In this document: positions 57,300 to 64,000 of the stretch, one piece after another | Layout of the letters: each line of letters begins with the position of its first letter | Numbering within the stretch: the stretch's first letter is position 1 | Assembly: GCA_964016885.1 (NCBI GenBank) | Contig: OZ024741.1 | Span: 43,524,001-43,588,000 of the forward strand | From: Eledone cirrhosa | Lineage: Eukaryota | Direction: 5' to 3' | DNA: 64,000 bases | Notes under the pieces: generated by a model | Told to the model about the DNA's origin: nothing | Seen by the model: only the letters and a program-made list of their open reading frames with translations | Database searches by the model: none | Position numbers and translations under genes: made by a program

Positions 57300-57302
<3 letters not shown>

Positions 57303-60300
57303 ATGTGTATTATTGGTTGTGTCATACGGTTCAATAAACTTTTGTTAGCACTATTAAGTTCTCCACGCTTTTGTATATCTCCAATTCCATTTGGAACAAT
57401 TCCACAGGAACAGCTAGATGATGTAAAACGGAGTATTTGTATCAAAATAAAGATCCGAAGGCATGGCATAAATTTCCAATCATTTTAATCACGACACATG
57501 TTTCAATAAGAGATAGGTCGATCGTGCAGCCATGATCGATTATCACTGATCTCGTCAGGTGAACATGAATTGTCTTCAAATTCTTGATATGAGGGAGAAC
57601 ATTTAACGATGTTCACTCACTAGAGTTTTGTCCCCCATATGAAGATTAAGCAGCCAAAACACGCCAACTGCTATCGTCCTCGGTTAAGGTCATAAAACTA
57701 TCAAGTCTCTATCTCTCAATAGCTGTAAAAGACGCTGGACGTGTCTAATCTCAACATCAAATTCTTTAGAATTACATCGGTCACAGTTAGTGTGAGTGAG
57801 TACACACACACTCACACACACCGACGCGAGGTCGAAGAAAAAAAAAATATATAGCAACATAGTTAATTTACAAAACAACAAATGTTATATTGGTCAAATC
57901 TCAACTTGACGATGTAAATTGGAGAAATTGGGTCAACCGCAACCCTATACACACGCAAGTAAATTCAGTGTATCGATTGAATTCTAAATAGTGTATGTTT
58001 TGGTATATACACATCCGTATTGTCTAAAAAAGTGTATGTTTTGGTATATACACATCCATGTGAAGAGCAAGTAGTCAGCTAATATCGAAATCTGTATGTG
58101 CCGTTGTCCGATTGAGAATCTGAATCATCAAATCTGTGCGTGCAAGCAACCGCCATGTAGGCCATCAAGGGGCTCTGTGTAGGGTTGTGTATGTGCGTTA
58201 AGGTGTCAGTATGTGCATTTTCCCGTCATATGGGCCCTTGGGCTTTTAAGATAGGTGTTTGAGTGGTGGATGTGTGTTACCCAACACAGAAATAAAATAA
58301 AATATAAAAATAGCAAAACCGAGGATGTGTGTAAGCCCATTAATGGTGTGTAAGTAAAATTGCCCAATCAGTAACCATGAGCACTCCATGGTTATATGAT
58401 CACGGATCAAAACCTAGTGTAGTTTTCAATTGATATGATCGTGACCAGTCATAACTGTGGGAACTCCGTGTCTAAAGAAACCGGGTACTGTGTTTAGAGT
58501 CATGTATAAAGAGCGTAATCAGTCTTAATTGAGTGTGTAATGAGTCTAACGATTTACTAACCGAGAGAACTCAATGGTTAGGGTATTCTAAAGTAATGGT
58601 CAATGCGCGTAATCGGTCTTAACTGGGTGTGTAATCATTCTATCTATTTACTAATTAGGTATTCTAAAGTAATGGTAAATGTGCACTCAGCTGTGGGAAC
58701 ACTGTGGAAACAAACGGAGTACCGTTCCTAAGTGCGCAAACGATCTTAGCTGTCTACTACCTGAGTGTGTGATTGTCTGTTTTTTGCTATTTGAGAGAAC
58801 TCTATGGCTAAGGTAAGAAGGGAGCAAATTATGGACCAGGATAAGGAGTGCTCTATATTCTGTTGTTTAAGCTTCCAGACTAATTTAGAAAGCGCCGTGC
58901 TATTTGTTTTATCTAATCTATTAAATGTATGGCGGTGATTATACCATATATCCTTAAATTCAGTGGCAGTTGCCCCAACATACCTGAAGGTTCTATCTAA
59001 AGTGGAGACCTTATAGTCGTAGACTGTTTTTCGTGAGGCATTTCCCAGCCATGGGGCAAGTGGCGGTGTTGCTGTAATTACATTTTCTGTTATCGACCTG
59101 CGTAGTTCCAGAGGAACCACGGTACCTCTGGTGTCGGGTCTCAGTTCTTGTCTGCTCTATGGGTAAGTTCCCAGGGGTTGGGGTGACCGACTCGCCTCAC
59201 GCGTATGAGACCGTTCAACAATAGAGCTGCCATTAGTTCTGCCATGTCTCATCCCGCCTTGGGCTGTCCTAAGTCTACGATAATTCATCTTAGCTATATT
59301 CTTAGCTATGTTACTGGTTGTGGAGTAGGACAGCTTGATGGTATTCCTATTGAATATTTTATAGCATCTATGTGATCTAGGGAAGAATTTGTCTAAGGCC
59401 CTAAAGAAAGGCTGAGCTATATTCGTAGTCAGGCCGGTGGAGTATGGGGGGTTGTACCACAGGATTTTTCTTGTTCTTATTATCTATACTAGTGTTACCT
59501 CTCTCCTTGGTTGCTACTGGTCTATTAGAACTGATAACTACCTGTGGATCGATGGTGTCCTGGGGTGTCCTGATGGTGTTTGGAATCGTCCCAAGTCTCT
59601 GGGCGGGGTACCCCATGCAGTTATTGGGATTACCATCCATAGCAGGGTTTTATATCCACTATGCGCCTCCTACATTTATCCCTATTCCCTCACCCGACCC
59701 CCGTTCTATTTTAAGTCGACGGTTGTTTTATCAGTTCTACAATTAAGGTTAGAATTAGAGTTTCCGCTGGTACGGTGCTCGGACGCCATGTTTGTACCTG
59801 GGTGATTGTTTCCATTGGTACCATCAACATTGGGACTAGAAGGCAATACAACATGAAGTCTATATTGATCCTCCCTCGCCTGCCGCCTGCTGTTAACTAA
59901 AGTGTCACTATTTTAGCCTAAGCTATCGCAGGCAATGTTGCTACCACTATTTAATGGACGTTTGAATGACATTCCCTCGCTACGCCCCTCGCGTTCCAGG
60001 GCGCTATTATAGTAATTCGAGATCCTATCAAAAGTATCTTCCTTGGAAGATAGTCCTGAAATTGTACAAAAGACGCTTTTGGTAATACCGTTAGTGACTA
60101 TTCTTATTCTGCGATTTCTCAAACTAGTTAATTACCTCACTAGTTTCTGGCCACAATTTAAGCTTCGATTTCCTAATTAGAGTGGGGATTATTTTATCAA
60201 GGATGTTTTTACTCACGATTCCTATGTCCGACTTCGAAGGGGCTATCAGCCTGACAGGTCTTGATGATTCAAAGTTTAATTTGTGGTCTTTCAATAAAAT

Positions 60301-61045
60301 CCTTGGAATTCTAGGATGGTAGGGCTCAGTTTTATCTTCAATACCCTGTTTAGTCATGACGCTATTGGCCTCCGTGTTGATTAAATCCAGGTTGGTCTGT
60401 GTAGTTTTCCTGTAGCTTTTTCTAAGTTCTCTGATTATCAAGTCATCATAGGTTACTTTATCCATATCGTACAGGTTGTTAGTTTTATCTGCGTGCACCA
60501 GAATGCCTGTTTAATTCTTTAGTTTTCCTAGATCACCGTTCAGTCGTCTTAAGTAGATTTTTCTCCTGGGTGGGTTTTTCCTAAACTTAAGGTTGGACAC
60601 TATGTTAGCCATTTCATTCTCGAATTCCTCCAGGTACTTATTGTGCGGTGGGTTTCTTCTGGATTTTATTTTTCCCTCGATGCCGCGCGTTCCCTCCCTG
60701 GGTGGTTTGTTGGTGTTCCTATATTGAAGTGGAAGGCCTTCCAACGCATTCTACGGACAAATTAGTCCATTTTACCTATTGCCAACCTTGTGAATTCTTT
60801 GATGCTAGGCATAGGGATGTCCTTAAGCGAAGAGTTCACCGAGAATTTCTCCTTCATATTCCTTGCTTAACAGCATTAACTGCTCAACAGATTTAGGAGC
60901 TTTAATATGTTATATAGTAATTTCACCTGACGAGATCAGTGATAATCGATCATGTCCGCACGATCGATCTATTTCTTATTGAAGTATGTGTCGTGATTAA
61001 AATGATTGGAAATTTATACCATACCTTCGGATCTTTATTTTGATA
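57300..61045 (-). mobile_element. Naiad-like PLE with deleted RT core, 3' pLTR (57300-57565) and inverted pLTR (60922-61045)
   Basis: DIPMPS..RRMRWKA, ADKTNNLY, LKDHKLNF..PVRLIAPSKSDIG, WYNPPYS, YVGATATEFK..YNH..STALSKLVWKLK; no YxDD region between 60124 and 60060. Confidence 0.88.
57489..57562 (-). ncRNA. Type I hammerhead in Naiad pLTR (GUC site); mutated copy at 60923-60996 (+)
   Basis: UCAC CUGACGA GAU..UCGAUC/GAUCGA..AUU GAAAC AUGU GUC GUGA. Confidence 0.85.
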
Positions 61046-61054
61046 TATATATAA

Positions 61055-62612
61055 GTCATACGGCCTATCCGTAAATATGGACCTCAACCACAAGGTTGTC
61101 AACTTCCTGGACGTGACCCTGGAGTTGAGTACGGGCTTATACAAGCCATACCATAAGCCTGGAGAGTGCTTCTCTTATATTAATTATGCCTCCAACCACC
61201 CTAAACAGACTCTCAACTCTATAGTCTATAGTATCTCACATAGAATCTCGAGGCTATCCACCAATGAGGATATCTTCAACTAAGCGGCAGATTACTACAA
61301 TAATAAGCGCTGGCTTTAACCGAGGAATTCCCTACATCCCTAACGCTAGCTCTAGAACCCCCCCTCATAAAACGAACGTTATAGTAAGCCATACCTATAA
61401 ACGATCACGCGGCGACCTCGGTGAAGTGGGATACAATAGAATAGATAATCGCACTAAAGATCACGACCCCGTCGACGGTGACCACTGTAGATTACTCGAA
61501 CTATTCCCCTACTACGAAACCAACAAAGGCGACGGCCTACTACCAACGCCTTCCAACATCTTCCTGTACATAAACATGGAAGAAGGAAGAAGAGTGCATC
61601 CGAGCATAAAGTGAAAGGGGCACCTAACGGGCTACAGCGCATTAACATATATAAGAGCGTTCACCTAGATGGAACCACCCGTAGCAAATGTACAAGGAGA
61701 CGTATTCGCCACCGTAACGTCCTATGGTCCCCCCCCTACTCTCGGAGTGTGGCCTCCAACATACCCCGGATATTCTTCGAAGCCTTAGAGAAGAATTTCC
61801 CGCCCAACCACAGGTATAGAAACATTCTTAATAGGAACAATATAAAAATATCCTTCTCTACTACTCCTAACCTAGCAGACATCATAGGAATAACGAACCA
61901 TAGTAAGATTACCAAGACACAGCACCACGACACAGACGCACCTACACCTGACAATAACTATATCAGCCTTAACAACACCCTAGCAGTATCCAATAGTGCT
62001 GGCAACCGCCTCCGCAGACGCAACCAGCATGCCCGCGAAATGACAGGGGAACATGCAGGACATGACGTGCGGAATAACAATCGCACCACCCCGCGTGCTG
62101 TGGGTTGTAATGGTGCTACTGACAGCTGCGGGAGCGTAGGTAACAACGTAGGCAGCAACAATGATAGCCTTACTGTGGGAAATAGATGGAACCGCGACAG
62201 AAATTGCAACTGCCGCGACAGAAGACGCTGCCCCCTTAGAGGATACTTCTTGACTGATAGGGTTATATATAGATGCACTGTAACTAGCCACAATAGCGTT
62301 AAATATTATATAGGGGCTACCTCCGGCCCGTTCAAAATTAAGTTTCGAACACATCTCCACTCTTTCACAAATAAAAAAACTAAAACACTCCACTTCGCTC
62401 GCAGACAAAATCAAATCACTAAAGGACTTAAACATCAGCTTCTCCACGACTGGGATATTGTCGGAACGGCTGCACCTTACAACTTCAAGAGGAAGTGCGA
62501 TCTTTGCCTCATGGAGCTCTACCACATCATAACTACACCCCACGAGCTCATCAACAGCAGAGCTGAAACAGCGATGAGTTGTACACATCGCTTAAAAATA
62601 TCCTTCTTCTGA
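61055..62612 (+). pseudogene. Second Naiad-like PLE, 5' truncated (RT thumb plus GIY-YIG)
   Basis: VVNFLDVTLEL..YKPYHKP..SNHP, WSPPYS, HRYRNILNRNNIKISFSTTPN, CNC..CPL, VIYRCTV..YYIGAT..FK, CDLCLME, INSRAE..CTH. Confidence 0.88.
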
Positions 62613-63008
62613 TGGGTTAAGGATAAGGACTGAAACCGTGCATCGGATCTCACTGCAACAAGTTGTAACACCCCGGCGGGCAGGCGCTGCAAAATAACAT
62701 CTAGGAAACTAACCATGCATACCAGACCCAGCCTCAAACGACCCAGACAAACATGTGCGGAAAAACAAACGTCTCAAAATAAGCGTTGGTTACATGACCA
62801 TGTGCGTATCGACAATGGTAAGGTTGTAACCTCATCTTGTAACGGATAAAAAGTTGCCCGGGAAAGTCTGCCCTAACACCGTCCAGAGTTACCTCCCTTG
62901 ACCTGCTGCAAAATCAAAACAAGGTATTTTTGCGAGCAATAAATCTTGTCGTGAATTTAACCTCAAAAACTCTTTCTGAGTAATGTAAGGAACACTTTTG
63001 GTTATTTA

Positions 63009-63048
63009 TGCCCTTGAGAAGCCAACTGGGCGAAACGTTCGTAGGTGC
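63009..63048 (+). ncRNA. Degenerate minimal hammerhead at the 3' end of the second Naiad
   Basis: CC UUGAGAA GCC AACUG GGC GAAAC GUUC GUA GG; first core box is mutated. Confidence 0.45.
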
Positions 63049-63360
63049 TGTTTTAAATAAACATGTTTTAACGGTCTATTCTCCGATTTCTTACGTTTCC
63101 ACGTATATATATATATAATAAATGTAATCTGAGTTTCTCGAATATTAATAATAACATTCGATTTGTTTGCAATTATGCAAACAAGCCTCAATTTTATAGC
63201 CATGACAGTAGAATGAACACTTTATTCTTGCTCTTGTGTTGGCATACGAACATTATTAATAACAATCGAATATTCGAAAAACTCAGATTACATTTATTAT
63301 ATTCAGCCATGTCGAGCGAAATTTTCTTTATATATATATATATATGTGTGTGTGTGTGCG

Positions 63361-63515
<155 letters not shown>

Positions 63516-64000
63516 ATGTGTGTGTGGGTGGGTGTATTCAATCGTATTTCTGAAACTGTATGTAAAGCGAATTGTGATGTTGAAGCCGTCTGCACAAATT
63601 AGTAGGTTATTGACGCACAATCGTATTGTGAAGTGTCTGAATCGTGGACCAAGCCGCACGTTGGCTCATTGAAGAAAAACATTTCATTTCAGTTTCATTC
63701 AGTTTATCCAGTCAACAAAAAGAAGAGGGTCACCAGGAGATTGGTGTTAACCCTTATAAAAGACTGACGTTAGGTGAAAAGTGACGTCACTTTGTGATTG
63801 TACAGGACATTAAGCCGTAAAGGAACCTCCAGTGAGATTACAGCCCATAGAAGACCAGATATATTGACGTAGGTGTGAGCTGTAACAACATTTATAATTA
63901 TGACAATATACTAGAAAAATAATAGTATTAATTAATCTAAGTCACGAAGTGCTTTTGAGATACACGTTAAACTCCCCTAATTAGACCATCACTTTATTAT

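Noticed and set aside
61611-62612. Selenocysteine (UGA) recoding as reported for some Naiad PLEs
   Set aside because: Conserved Cys positions here and at 34840-34950 use TGC/TGT; no in-frame TGA at those sites.

Overview
AT-rich, microsatellite-dense animal genomic DNA, probably cephalopod/octopus (inferred from the tRNA-derived SINE families). No host protein-coding exon is recognisable; almost all listed ORFs are microsatellite artefacts. The window is a graveyard of mobile elements: several Penelope-like element (PLE) families (a near full-length frameshifted copy at 45.0-50.8 kb, Neptune-like and Naiad-like copies), an internally deleted Tx1/L1 LINE with a 19-bp TSD, CR1- and RTE-type 3' fragments, a deleted mariner, Helentron-like elements and about ten SINE copies. 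The main hidden signal is RNA-level: I found by eye about a dozen distinct families of type I hammerhead ribozyme (HHR) motifs. Three non-coding arrays with 530, 531 and 555 nt monomers (retrozyme-like) share an unusual HHR design: mismatch at 10.1/11.1, two-part extended stem II with compensatory changes, 12-nt palindromic stem III and GUU cleavage site. Many small elements are fold-back palindromes whose breakpoints map onto the HHR structure, and nearly all sit in (TA)n tracts. All structures were folded by eye and none is shown to be active.
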